Below, piece after piece: positions 1 through 11,123 of a DNA stretch of 64,000 nucleotides. Below the pieces are notes generated by a model, which saw only the letters and a list, made by a program, of their open reading frames with translations, searched no databases and was not told the origin of the DNA. How positions within the stretch are numbered: position 1 is the first letter of the stretch; each line of letters begins with the position of its first letter. Position numbers and translations under genes: made by a program. Source of the DNA: Obrimoposthia wandeli (Eukaryota); contig CDROCS010004130.1 in the NCBI GenBank assembly GCA_977020255.1, forward strand, positions 1 to 64,000. The letters are read 5' to 3'.

Positions 1-1
1 T

Positions 2-1320
2 TTAAATTTTTGCTTTTTCTAACTTAATAACTCCATTTTTTCCAAATCGAATATAATCTAACAATGGTCTATGAGATGGACAAACATAACTACAAGAGCC
101 ACATTCAACACAGGTTTTAATATCCTCTTTACCCATTCTTTCAAATAATCCTCGCTCAGATAAACTCATTAATAAATGTGGTTCTAATCCCATTGGACAT
201 ACAAAAACACATTCACCACAACGAATACAATTTTCAACTTTTCCCCTACTCGCTTCCTCTTCATCAATCACCAATACTCCAGAAGTTCCTTTTGTAACAG
301 GAACATCAGTATTTTTAATAGCTTTCCCCATCATTGGACCGCCGTTTACGAGCTTTCGAGTTCCTTCAGGTAATCCGCCAACTTCTTCTATTAAATCTTT
401 TATTGGTGTTCCAATTTTCACCCAATAATTTGAAGGATTCTCTAATTTTTTTCCAGTAACAGTAACTACTCTATCAGTTAACGGTTTATTGTGCTGAATA
501 GCCTCATAAACTGCAAAAATAGTTCCTACATTTAATGAAATTACCCCAACATCTGATGGCAATCCACCTACCGGTACTTCTCTATTCAATATTGCTTTTA
601 CCAATTGTTTTTCACTTCCTTGAGGATATTTAACCTTTAAGGCTGCTATTTGAATTTTACTATTGTTTGAAGTAATATTCTTAAAATTAGCAATAGCATT
701 TTTTTTATTGTTTTCAATTCCAATAACTGCTCTATTCAGATTTAAAGCCTTCAATAAAATTTCAATTCCATCAGCTTCCTTCAAGCGTTTAATCTATGAT
801 CTGGCTGCGGCGTATGTTCACATTCAACTCCATTGATAATAAGACAATCAATATTTGTATCCTTATTGATGTTTAATTTTACGTGAGAAGGAAAAGTTGC
901 GCCTCCTAAACCAACGATTCCAAAATCGCTTACACGTTGTAAGATTTCTGCAGGATTTAATTCTATATTTTTCTTTAATGGAAATGGTTCTTTAACAAAA
1001 TTAGTTTCATCTTTTACATCAGTCCTAATAACAATACATTGTTGCTTATAACCACTACTATTAATTACTTTATCTATTTTAGTAACTGTTCCTGCAACTG
1101 ATGAATGAATATTAGCTGAAACAAAACCTTGAGATTTTGCAATCACTTGTCCAATTATTACCTTATCCTTTTTTTTTACAATAATTTCAGATGGAATACC
1201 TATATGCTGTGAAATAGGAATATATACAACTTTAGGAACTGACATTACTTTAATTTCACTAGCAGCAGTCAATTTATTTTCAGGCGGATGAACACCACCT
1301 AATGGGAAAGTTTTAAGCAT
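2..1320 (-). pseudogene. rnfC: Rnf/Rsx electron transport complex subunit C, split by a frameshift/garbled patch at ~780-830 (ORFs 781..1320 and 2..784)
   Basis: N-part has GGVHPPENK, GIVGLGGATFP and INGVECE; C-part has KYPQGSEKQL, GGPMMG and two 4Fe-4S motifs (CIRCGECVFVCP, CVECGSCSYVCP). The junction reads ECEHTPQPDHRLNA* where the family reads approximately ECEPYLTADHRLM. Probably an intact gene with a consensus error. Confidence 0.9.
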
Positions 1321-2244
1321 CAGTTATCACTTTTATTGGTTCAACAATTTCTTCTTTTTTCACAACTGGCTCTTTTTCTTTCTTTTTTTCAATTTTCTTC
1401 ACCTTAGGCGGTGGAAAATTGGTCTCTATAATTGAATTTGTAGGACAAACAGGAACACATTTTCTACATAGTGTACATAGTACTGGATCTATATATGCCA
1501 AGGTATTTTTCATTGTAATTGCATTCTTGACAAATAGTCTCTTCGCTGATGCCTTTTGAACACCCAATATGTTGCTAAGCAACGGCACAAGCCTTTTTAG
1601 CTGGTTCTCCTAGTCTTTCACTTAAACAAACTTAATGCCTGGCGATCTCTTTTATTTGTCGCATTTCTCAATAATATCTCTTTGGGCATTTCTTCATCAT
1701 TTTAAGCACCCTCACCACAAGAAGTACAATTATTCAGATAATAACTGGCAATCCAGTTTCATCCATATTAGTGCGCATCGAAATCAGTATTACTTTCACA
1801 ATCTCCATCTCCCAAACAACCATATTGACAATCTGTTTCACCACTATAAACCATTGATGAAATTGCACAAGTTCTTGGCCCTTGAAACTCTGTTGTTTTT
1901 GGTCGAACATCACAACTTCCCTGGCATCTTAAAACGGCTACTGTAGGATCTTTTTCTGTAACTTCTTTTCCTAATATCTCTGCAACTTGCTTCATAACAT
2001 CATTTCCTCCAACTGGACAAAACAAATCTGAAATATCTTTTGAATTCACTAATTTCTCAGCAAATGATTTACATCCAGGAGAACCACAACCAGCACAATT
2101 TGCCGCAGGAAGAATATCTTCTACATCGGCAATTAATGGATTTTCATATACATAAAACTTTTTTGAAACTATATACAATACAATGGCAGCTATTACTCCT
2201 AACGAAGCCAATAACAAAACACTATATAAAACTGAATCTGTCAT
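1313..2244 (-). pseudogene. rnfB: Rnf/Rsx subunit B (Fe-S ferredoxin subunit), disrupted by several indels at ~1530-1790
   Basis: N-terminal TM helix, LPAANCAGCGSPGC and FCPVGG; C-terminal AYIDPVLCTLCRKCVPVCP. Out-of-frame remnants (MDETGLPVI, AKKACAVA) lie between the two ORFs. Overlaps the rnfC start by 8 nt. Confidence 0.88.
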
Positions 2245-2246
2245 TT

Positions 2247-2668
2247 TTAATTAATTTTAAATAAGGAAACTTTGAAAACTTTGCGAAAGTTCTCTTGTAA
2301 AAAGTAAAGTATAATATAATAAGGTATAAGAATGAATAAAGAGATTAAACCTGAAACCCATTCTTTAACAAAACCAGAGGAAACTATCAAGGTAAATACC
2401 ATTAAACAAAGGAAACTGCTTTTAAGCCTAATTCTCTGCTTAAAACAACATCAACTTCTTCGTTTAGATTAAAAGATTGAACCGTTTTTAAAACTTCAAT
2501 TTCTTTGTCGTTTGATTCGGAGACTCCACAAGCTGATTGAGCTTTACAACCTTCACAATTAACATTTCCTTTTAAGGATACAATAATTTTATCGTCTAAG
2601 ATTTTAGATACAATTCCTCTATGATTATAGGGATCTTCATTATTTGATTTTATATCAAGTTTTTCCAT
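2247..2668 (-). pseudogene. RseC/MucC-family (SoxR-reducing system) membrane protein, frameshifted at ~2400
   Basis: HRGIV...CEGCKAQSACG motif. After the premature stop another frame gives the expected TM tail MVFTLIVSSGFVKEWVSGLISLFILIPYYIILYFL...KIN* ending at 2247, just before the rnfB ATG. Confidence 0.75.
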
Positions 2669-2935
2669 TTACAATACATCTACATTAACTTGGACTATAA
2701 AATTAATGATAAAAACCACAATAAATAATGACCGTTGTTAGCCTTTTTATTGATTTTGATTATTACGATTAATTTAACATATTAACAATATGCTTGGTAA
2801 CTTTAGTTACATATCGCAATTACTTTAAATATTTAAAAATAATAATGGATTGTTAATAAATAAAGTACTGTTACGAATCCTAAAAAATTAATAATTCATA
2901 CTTTTAAAAACTCTATTTTAAGATAACTTCGCTAC

Positions 2936-5900
2936 ATGTTTTTAATATTTGATACAGAAACCACAGGTCTACCAAAAAAATGGAATGCACCAATTACAGA
3001 TACTGATAATTGGCCTAGATGTATTCAAATAGCATGGCAATTACACGATGAACTTGGTGAATTAGTTGAACAACAGGATTACTTAATAAAACCTGAGGGG
3101 TTCAATATTCCATATGATGCTGAACAAATTCATGGAATTTCAACTCAGCTTGCAGAAGAAATTATGAGAATTGTCTGCTGAACTTTTTTAATATTAAGCT
3201 ATCAAAGCGGTGTACCTGTAGTTGGGTCAAATGCCAATTTGACTCCATTATGGATGTGTGAATATAAAGCTAGGGAAAAAAACAGAACACATCTTTAAAT
3301 GAATTACCAGTTTTAGACACCTGTACAGAAACTACTGCATCAATGTGTCAAATACCTGGCGGTAGAGGTGGAAAGTTTAAATTACCGACTTTAACTGAGT
3401 TACATGAATTCTTATTTCATTCACCTTTTTCAGAAGCTCATAATGCAACAGCCGATGTTGAAGCAACAACACGTTGTTTTTTAGAATTAATTAGAAGACA
3501 TGTTTTTACAAAAGAACAATTAGACGCTCCTTCAGATTATTTTCAAAATTTTGATTCCAAAAACCCAAATCTGATTGAAGTTATTGGACTTAAGCATTTA
3601 AACTTAAAAAAAGAGAGTGATAAACTCAAAACAAAAAGCAAATCAAGTGTTGATCAAACAACACAATCTACAAATCAACAACATAATTTAAAAGATGTAA
3701 ATTTTGCTCATTTACATTGTCATTCTCAATTTTCCATTCTTCAGTCTACCGCAAGTATTAGTAATTTAATTCAATCAGCTATAAAGGATAAAATGCCAGC
3801 TGTAGCAATGACTGATACAGGTAATATGATGGGTGCTTTTTATTTTGTAAAAGAAGCCATCGCACATAATAAATCGGTTGAAGAGTTTAATGAAAATCTT
3901 TCAGAAGGTCAGGAACCAAAACTACCGCTAAAGCCTATTATTGGAAGTGAATTTTATGTTTGTGAAGACCATTTAGACAGAACACATAAAGACGATGGAT
4001 ATCAAATTGTCATTTTAGCAAAAAACAAAAACGGTTATCATAATTTAGCTAAAATGTCATCTATTTCTCATACAGAAGGATTTTATTACGTACCGAGAAT
4101 AGACAAAAAAGTAATTGAAGAATATAAAGAAGATTTAATTGTTTTATCTGGTAATTTGAATGGAGAAATTCCTAATAAAATTTTAAACATTGGTGAAAAT
4201 CAGGCTGAAGAATCACTTCTTTGGTGGAAAGAACAGTTTGGAAAAGATTTTTATTTAGAATTAATGCGTCATGGGCAAGAAAACGAAGATCATGTTAATA
4301 GGGTCCTTATAAATTTTTCAAAAAAACATGATGTAAAGTTAATTGCCAGTAATAATACTTTTTATACAAGAGAAGAAGAAGCGGAAGCACATGATATTTT
4401 ATTATGTGTAAAAGGTGGGGAAAAAGTAGCTACACCTAAAGGAAAAGGAAGAGGTTTTAGATATGGCCTCCCTAATGACGAATACTATTTTAAGAGTCAG
4501 GAGCAAATGAAAAAATTATTTGCTGATATTCCTGATTCCATTTCAAATATTCAGGAAATTGTTGATCAAATTGAAGTATTTACTCTTGCAAGAGATGTAT
4601 TACTTCCTAAGTTCGATATTCCAGAACAATTTATTCATGAAGAAGATGCTATAGATGGTGGTGTAAGAGGGGAAAATGCTTATTTAAGACATCTTACCTA
4701 TGAAGGAGCAAAAATTAGATATGGTGATGTCCTTGATGAAAATACGATAGAACGTTTAGATTTCGAATTATCAATTATTGAAAAAACTGGTTATCCCGGG
4801 TATTTCTTAATTGTTTGGGATTTTATTTTAGAAGCCCGAAAAATGGGTGTATCAGTAGGCCCTGGACGTGGTTCTGCAGCTGGTTCTGCAGCTGCTTACT
4901 GTTTATGGATTACAAATATTGACCCAATTAAATACGATCTGCTTTTTGAGCGTTTCTTAAATCCTGATCGTGTATCACTACCCGATATTGATATTGATTT
5001 TGATGATGAAGGTAGACAAAGAGTAATTGATTTTGTAATTGAAAAATACGGTGCCAGTCAGGTTGCCCAGATTATTACCTACGGTACAATGGCAGCCAAA
5101 TCCTCAATTCGAGATACGGCCAGAGCTTTAGATTTACCACTACATGAGGCTGATAGAATTGCCAAACTAATTCCGGGAATAAAACTTCAGCATATTTTTG
5201 GTGAAGATGCAAAAAGCCAAGGCAAAGTTAAAGGACTTAGACCCGAAGAATTAGAATGTGTAAATGAATTAAGAAGTCTTGCAGAAGGAGATGAATTAGA
5301 AGCACAAACAATTAAGCAAGCCAGAGCCCTAGAAGGTTCAGTTAGAAATACGGGAATACACGCATGTGGTGTAATTATTACTCCTGAAAAAATCACCAAT
5401 TTAGTTCCTGTTTCCAAAGCAAAAGATTCCGACATGTATGTTACGCAATTTGACAATAGCGTAGTAGAAGATGCCGGTCTTTTAAAAATGGATTTCTTGG
5501 GATTAAAAACATTGACTTTAATTAAGGACAGTGTTAGAATTATTAAGGCCAAACATGGAATAGAGTTAATTCCAGATGATTTCCCATTGGATGACGAGAA
5601 AACATACGAACTTTTTCAACGTGGAGAAACTATTGGGGTATTCCAATATGAATCTCCAGGGATGCAAAAGCATATGAGATCTCTAAAGCCAACAACTTTT
5701 GCTGATTTAATTGCTATGAATGCCCTCTATCGTCCTGGGCCTATGGAATATATCCCATCGTTTATCGATCGAAAACATGGTGTAGAGGAAACAATTTATG
5801 ACCTTCCTGATATGGAAGAATACCTAAAGGAAACTTATGGTATTACCGTTTATCAGGAGCAGGTAATGTTACTTTCTCAAAAACTAGCTGGATTTACCAA

Positions 5901-7308
5901 GGGTGAAGCCGATATGTTACGTAAGGCAATGGGTAAAAAAATATTTGCCCTGCTGGAAAAACTGAAACCTAAATTTATTGAAGGTGGAAAGAAAAATAAC
6001 CATCCAGAAGATATACTTGAAAAAGTTTGGAAGGATTGGGAAGCATTTGCAGCTTATGCATTTAATAAGTCTCACTCAACTTGTTATGCTTATATTGCTT
6101 ATCAAACAGCCTATTTAAAAGCGCATTATCCAGCTGAATATATGGCTTCTGTTTTATCAAATAATATGAATGACATTAAGCAGGTTACTTTCTTTATGGA
6201 AGAATGTAAACGCGCAGGAATTCCAGTTTTGGGACCTGATGTTAATGAATCTTATTTAAAATTTGCAGTGAATAAGGAAGGTGCTATTCGTTTCGGAATG
6301 GCTGCCATAAAAGGTGTTGGTGGTGCTGCAGTTGAAGCTATTATAAATGAACGAAAAGAAAATGGTAATTTTTCCTCCATTTTCGATCTTACAAAGCGAG
6401 TTGATTTAAGAGCTTGTAATAAAAGAGCTTTTGATGGTTTAGTGATGGCAGGAGGATTAGATTCCTTTGGTAATGTCCATAGAGCCCAATATTATCAACT
6501 CGATGAAAAAGGGGTAACATTTATTGAAAGAGCCATTAGATATGGTAATAAATTTCAGGAAAATAAAAATTCTGCACAAATTTCAATGTTTGGAGAAGCT
6601 TCTGAAATTCAATTTCCAGAACCAGATATCCCATATGCTGAACCATGGGGTATGATGGAAGAATTATCCAAAGAAAAAGAATTGGTAGGTGTTTATATTT
6701 CAGGCCATCCTTTAGATGATTTTAAAAATGAAATCAAATATTTTTGTAATTCTACCTTGGCTGCATTTAAAGAAGATTTAAATAATTATGTTGGTGCAAA
6801 TCTTACATTTTCGGGAATTTTATCCGAAGTTCAGCATAGAACTTCTCAAAATGGAAACAAATGGGCTTCATTTTTTATTGTGGATTATAATGACACTCAT
6901 GAATTTAGATTGTTCAAGGATACTTATTTAAAGTTTAAACCTTTTTTAATTGACAATGAATTTAGACAATTCAAAGTTAATATAGCTGCAGGCTGGAGAG
7001 GTAAAGATGGTAAATTTGGTGAGCCAAGAGTTAATTTTACCGACATTCAAATATTGCATGATGTTCTTGAAAAATCAGCTAAAAAATTAACGATCCAACT
7101 CGATATTGATAAGCTTACTGAAAAAAAGGTTCATGAATTAAACAAAATGCTAAAAGATAATGAAGGTTCAATTCCAATAGATCTATTAGTTTATGATTTA
7201 AATGAAAAAATGAAACTTAATCTTCATAGTAGATCCTATAAAGTAAAGGTTGACAATGATTTTTTGAAATTATTAGAGACTAAAAACATCAAATTTAAAC
7301 TAAATTAA
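2936..7308 (+). CDS. dnaE: DNA polymerase III alpha subunit with N-terminal DEDDh 3'-5' exonuclease (Bacteroidota type); exonuclease part interrupted by a garbled patch at ~3160-3300
   Basis: FDTETTG (ExoI) in ORF 2936..3181; HNATADV (ExoIII), PHP motif HLHCHS, GPGRGSAAGS, PDIDIDFD and FNKSHS in ORF 3343..7308. Confidence 0.97.
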
Positions 7309-7318
7309 TAGTATTCTT

Positions 7319-8212
7319 TTAAGTTGTTAAATCTCTAAATAAACTTTCTAAATTTTTGTTTTTAGTTGCTAAACTCAAAATTTTAAGTCCGTTATCGTGT
7401 GCAAAATCAAAAACTTTTGATCGCATATCTTCTGCTGTATCAAAAGAAAGCTCCCAAATAGTATCATGTGTATTATTTACTGATTTAAGGTTAGGTATTG
7501 TTTTTACAAATTGTTTTTCAATTCTAAAATCAAATTCAACTTCAATTACCTGATCCTGATTCTTTTTTAGCGCTTCTAAATTTTCATCAGCAACAACCTC
7601 TCCTTTATTAATTAAAATTACTCTACTACAAACGGCCTCAACTTCCTGCATTATATGAGTAGAAAACAACACGGTCTTATCTTTAGCTACTTCAGTAATT
7701 AAATTTCTAATTTCTAATAATTGATTGGGATCCAGACCAGTAGTTGGTTCATCCAAAATTAAAACATCAGGGTTATGCAATAAAGCAGCAGCGAGCCCAA
7801 CACGTTGTCTATATCCTTTTGAAAGTTGATTGATCTTTTTATGAGCTTCAGGTGTTAATCCAACCTTTGCTATAATTTCATTAATTCTATCATTTTTAAC
7901 ATTATGAATAGCTGCATTAAATTGCAAATATTCTTTCACATACATGTCTAAATAAAGTGGATTGTGTTCTGGTAAATATCCAATATTTTTTTGAGCATCA
8001 ATTGTATGAGTTTTAATATTAAAATCATTGACCAAAGCTTCCCCATTTGAAGCATTAATATAGCCAGTTAAAATCTTCATTAATGTAGATTTTCCAGCAC
8101 CATTGGGACCTAAAAGACCTATTATTTCACCCTTTTCAACTGAAAAATTTATGGAATTCAGAGCCTTTTGTTCACCATATAATTTCGTGATATTTTTTAC
8201 TACTATTGACAT
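7319..8212 (-). CDS. gldA: Gliding motility-associated ABC transporter ATP-binding subunit
   Basis: Walker A GPNGAGKS, LSKGYRQRVG signature, LILDEPTTGLDP; length and C-terminal domain match GldA. Confidence 0.85.
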   Translation of the reverse strand: MSIVVKNITKLYGEQKALNSINFSVEKGEIIGLLGPNGAGKSTLMKILTGYINASNGEALVNDFNIKTHTIDAQKNIGYLPEHNPLYLDMYVKEYLQFNAAIHNVKNDRINEIIAKVGLTPEAHKKINQLSKGYRQRVGLAAALLHNPDVLILDEPTTGLDPNQLLEIRNLITEVAKDKTVLFSTHIMQEVEAVCSRVILINKGEVVADENLEALKKNQDQVIEVEFDFRIEKQFVKTIPNLKSVNNTHDTIWELSFDTAEDMRSKVFDFAHDNGLKILSLATKNKNLESLFRDLTT

Positions 8213-8301
8213 TTAACAAAAATACATTTTAATTATAATTAACTTGATATTATAACGTTGTATCATAAATATATTTTTAAGACCTTTGAAAAAAATTAAA
8301 T

Positions 8302-8460
8302 ATGGGCTGTTTAAGAGTTTTATTGTGCATCATTTTCCCTCCACTCGCTGTTGTTGACAAAGGTTGTGGATCTGTTGTAATTGTTTTTATTTTAACATGT
8401 CTTGGATGGATTCCAGGAGTTATTGCAGCCCTAATTATAAATAACAATCCTAATAACTAA
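8302..8460 (+). CDS. YqaE/Pmp3-family small membrane protein (52 aa), absent from the ORF track
   Basis: Translates as MGCLRVLLCIIFPPLAVVDKGCGSVVIVFILTCLGWIPGVIAALIINNNPNN*, with the family motifs FPPLAV and LGWIPGVI. Its TAA overlaps the lipB ATG (TAATG). Confidence 0.9.
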   Translation: MGCLRVLLCIIFPPLAVVDKGCGSVVIVFILTCLGWIPGVIAALIINNNPNN

Positions 8461-9155
8461 TGCAAAAGGTTAAATTAATAGACTTAGGTTTAAAAGATTA
8501 TAATGAAACGTGGACTTTTCAGGAAGAATACTTTCAAAAAATTGTAGATATTAAAGTAGATAACAGAAAAAATAATTTGAGTGCAAAAACACCGAATTTC
8601 TTTATTTTTGTTGAACACCCACATGTATATACTCTTGGAAAAAGTGGAGATATTAGCAATTTATTACTAGATGAAAAGCAACTTGAAGAAAAAGGCGCTA
8701 CATTTTATAAAATAAATCGTGGTGGAGATATTACTTACCATGGTCCAGGTCAGATTGTTGGGTACCCAATTTTAGATTTAGAAAATTTTTTCACAGACAT
8801 TCATAAATACTTACGTTTTTTAGAAGAAGTAATTATAAACACTTTAGCTGAATATGGAATAACATCTATGCGAAGTGAAGGTGAAACAGGAGTTTGGCTT
8901 GATGTAGGAACTCCATTTGCTCGAAAAATTTGTGCTATGGGAGTAAGAGCCAGCAGATGGGTAACTATGCATGGATTTGCCTTAAATGTAAATCCAAATC
9001 TTGGATATTTCGACCATATTATTCCTTGTGGAATTAAAGGAAAGGCTGTTACTTCTATGGAAGCAGAATTAAACAGAAAAATTCCTTTGGAAGAAGTTAA
9101 AGAAAAAATTCTAAAACACTTTATTGAACAATTTGAAGTTGAGTTTGTTCAATAA
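8460..9155 (+). CDS. lipB: Lipoyl(octanoyl) transferase
   Basis: EHPHVYTLG, RGGDITYHGPGQ, RKICAMG, HGFALNV, IIPCGI motifs. Confidence 0.96.
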   Translation: MQKVKLIDLGLKDYNETWTFQEEYFQKIVDIKVDNRKNNLSAKTPNFFIFVEHPHVYTLGKSGDISNLLLDEKQLEEKGATFYKINRGGDITYHGPGQIVGYPILDLENFFTDIHKYLRFLEEVIINTLAEYGITSMRSEGETGVWLDVGTPFARKICAMGVRASRWVTMHGFALNVNPNLGYFDHIIPCGIKGKAVTSMEAELNRKIPLEEVKEKILKHFIEQFEVEFVQ

Positions 9156-9167
9156 AAACATAATTAT

Positions 9168-9205
9168 AAAAAAAAGCTCAATTCAATGAATTGAGCTTTT
9201 TTTTT
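9168..9205. terminator. Bidirectional intrinsic terminator
   Basis: A8-GCTCAATTC-AAT-GAATTGAGC-T9 between convergent genes. Confidence 0.9.
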
Positions 9206-9222
9206 ATGTTATTTATTCTTTT

Positions 9223-10275
9223 TTAATCTTCTTCGTTATAGAAAACTTTATAAAATTTCATTTTTTTCTCTTCATCAAAACCTTTTTCTAAATATTCATT
9301 TGCCGCATCAGGTGCATCAATATCTAATTTGATTTGAATATTGGTATCTAATTTAATTTCAGTTTTTATTTTTTGCTTTTGCTTTTTCAATACAATATCA
9401 GAAACAGCGAACTGATTTCTAACTAAAACATCATTTACAGTCTCAAATTCTTTTTTATAATCATCAAATAATGATTTATGATCTTCGTTTTCTTCGAAAA
9501 TCTCCTCTTTAAAATCATTGATATTTATATCGTCATTTGACTTAAAAAAGTCAACCGTTTTTGCTAAAAATTTAGTTTTTTCATGATTACCAAAATCTTC
9601 TTTTATAATATCTTCTGAGAAATCTTTACACATTTCAAGATAGTTTTGGGTATGCTGATTGTTATCATTAGCGTACTTAACATTCAAGAAATTATTCAAC
9701 CAATATTGGGCATCATAATTATTAGTGTCAACACTTAAAATCACCTTACCTTCTTCATCTGAAGAATTAATAATTAAACAACCTTTATCTAATTTTTTAG
9801 TACTAATTCCTTTTTGAACATAAACATCCATCGTGTCATCTTCCATATAAGTTTGAAAAAAGTTTATCTTATTTTCAATTTTAAAAATCCCAACAGCCTG
9901 AGTCATGATATCTTTGTATTCAATATCTTCAAACAATGCTATAATAACATCTCCAATCTTAATTTGAGCAGAATTAGACTGTTCAAATAAATGATTTACA
10001 ATATGTTTTGAGATATCAATAAATGAAGTTTCATCTTTAAACAGTTCGGTAGCATAACTATTTAATTCATTTAAATCAATATTTGCATGATGATTAAATC
10101 GAAAACTCTCAGAAACATTCGCAAAAGGTTTTAATAGAAAAGGCTTCATTAGCTCATAACTTTCCTCGTCAAATGTGATCACATTTTCCGAAAATATGTT
10201 GGTAGCACTATTAAACTTATTTCCTACTTTGTGAATTATAAATTTTGAAATTGTAGTCCGAGTTCTTTTAATCAT
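9223..10275 (-). CDS. Nucleoid-associated protein (NdpA/YejK-like, Bacteroidota type)
   Basis: IIHKVGNK N-terminus, IGIFKIENK-like, LDKGCLI and YWLNNFL motifs; acidic ~350-aa protein. Confidence 0.75.
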   Translation of the reverse strand: MIKRTRTTISKFIIHKVGNKFNSATNIFSENVITFDEESYELMKPFLLKPFANVSESFRFNHHANIDLNELNSYATELFKDETSFIDISKHIVNHLFEQSNSAQIKIGDVIIALFEDIEYKDIMTQAVGIFKIENKINFFQTYMEDDTMDVYVQKGISTKKLDKGCLIINSSDEEGKVILSVDTNNYDAQYWLNNFLNVKYANDNNQHTQNYLEMCKDFSEDIIKEDFGNHEKTKFLAKTVDFFKSNDDININDFKEEIFEENEDHKSLFDDYKKEFETVNDVLVRNQFAVSDIVLKKQKQKIKTEIKLDTNIQIKLDIDAPDAANEYLEKGFDEEKKMKFYKVFYNEED

Positions 10276-10331
10276 TCTTTACATTTTTTAACAAAAGCAA
10301 ATGTATTATTTTTAGAATAATAAATGAACAA

Positions 10332-10934
10332 TTACAAATCTAATTTTAACTGATCTGGCAATAATTTAAAAGATTTTCTATGGTAATTTGTAACTCCAAA
10401 CTCTCTAATGGCATCTCTATGTTGTTTTGTAGGATACCCTTTATTTTTTTTCCAAAAATATTGTGGAAATTCAGCATCCAACTTTAACATAAACTCATCT
10501 CTATAAGTTTTAGCAAGAACCGATGCCGCTGCTATACTTAAAAATTTAGCATCACCTTTCACTATAGTTGTATGAGGAATATCTTTATAATCTTTAAATT
10601 TATTACCATCAACAATAATATGTTCCGGTGTTATTGGTAATTTATCTATTGATTGATGCATTGCTAAAATTGAAGCTTGCAGTATATTTATTTCATCAAT
10701 TTTTTCTTCAAAAATATAAGATACTCCAAAAGCAAGGGCTTTTTCTTCAATTATAGGCCGCAATTTATCACGCTGCTTTTCACTTAACTGCTTAGAATCA
10801 TTCAATAACGGATGTTCAAAATCTTCAGGTAAAATAACTGCTGCAGCAACAACCGGACCAGACAAACATCCTCTTCCTGCTTCATCGGTACCAGCTTCCA
10901 ATACGTTTTGTAAAAAATATTTTTTAAGTCCCAT
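10332..10934 (-). CDS. rnhB: Ribonuclease HII
   Basis: [42 protein letters not shown]. Confidence 0.97.
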   Translation of the reverse strand: MGLKKYFLQNVLEAGTDEAGRGCLSGPVVAAAVILPEDFEHPLLNDSKQLSEKQRDKLRPIIEEKALAFGVSYIFEEKIDEINILQASILAMHQSIDKLPITPEHIIVDGNKFKDYKDIPHTTIVKGDAKFLSIAAASVLAKTYRDEFMLKLDAEFPQYFWKKNKGYPTKQHRDAIREFGVTNYHRKSFKLLPDQLKLDL

Positions 10935-11099
10935 AATAGAACAGCTAAATTACAGTAATTTCTTAAAATAATTTCTTTAATTATTAATTTAACAATCGTA
11001 ATATCTTCATTTTTAGATCTGATTTACGAATTAACAAATTCTTCATATTTTTTAATTTTGATACCACAATTTTGTAAGCTTCAATTCGTTCAAATATTT

Positions 11100-11107
11100 T
11101 ACCTTTG
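11100..11107 (+). promoter_or_regulatory. Bacteroidota sigma70 -7 element for the porin gene
   Basis: TACCTTTG matches TAnnTTTG, 16 nt before the ATG at 11124. Confidence 0.6.
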
Positions 11108-11123
11108 CCACTCAATGTATTAT

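Noticed and set aside
775-830. Programmed ribosomal frameshift in rnfC
   Set aside because: No slippery heptamer; several residues on both sides are scrambled, which fits sequence error rather than one recoding event.
2936-3500. Exonuclease fused to DnaE as a novelty
   Set aside because: This N-terminal DEDDh fusion is, to my knowledge, the usual flavobacterial DnaE architecture.
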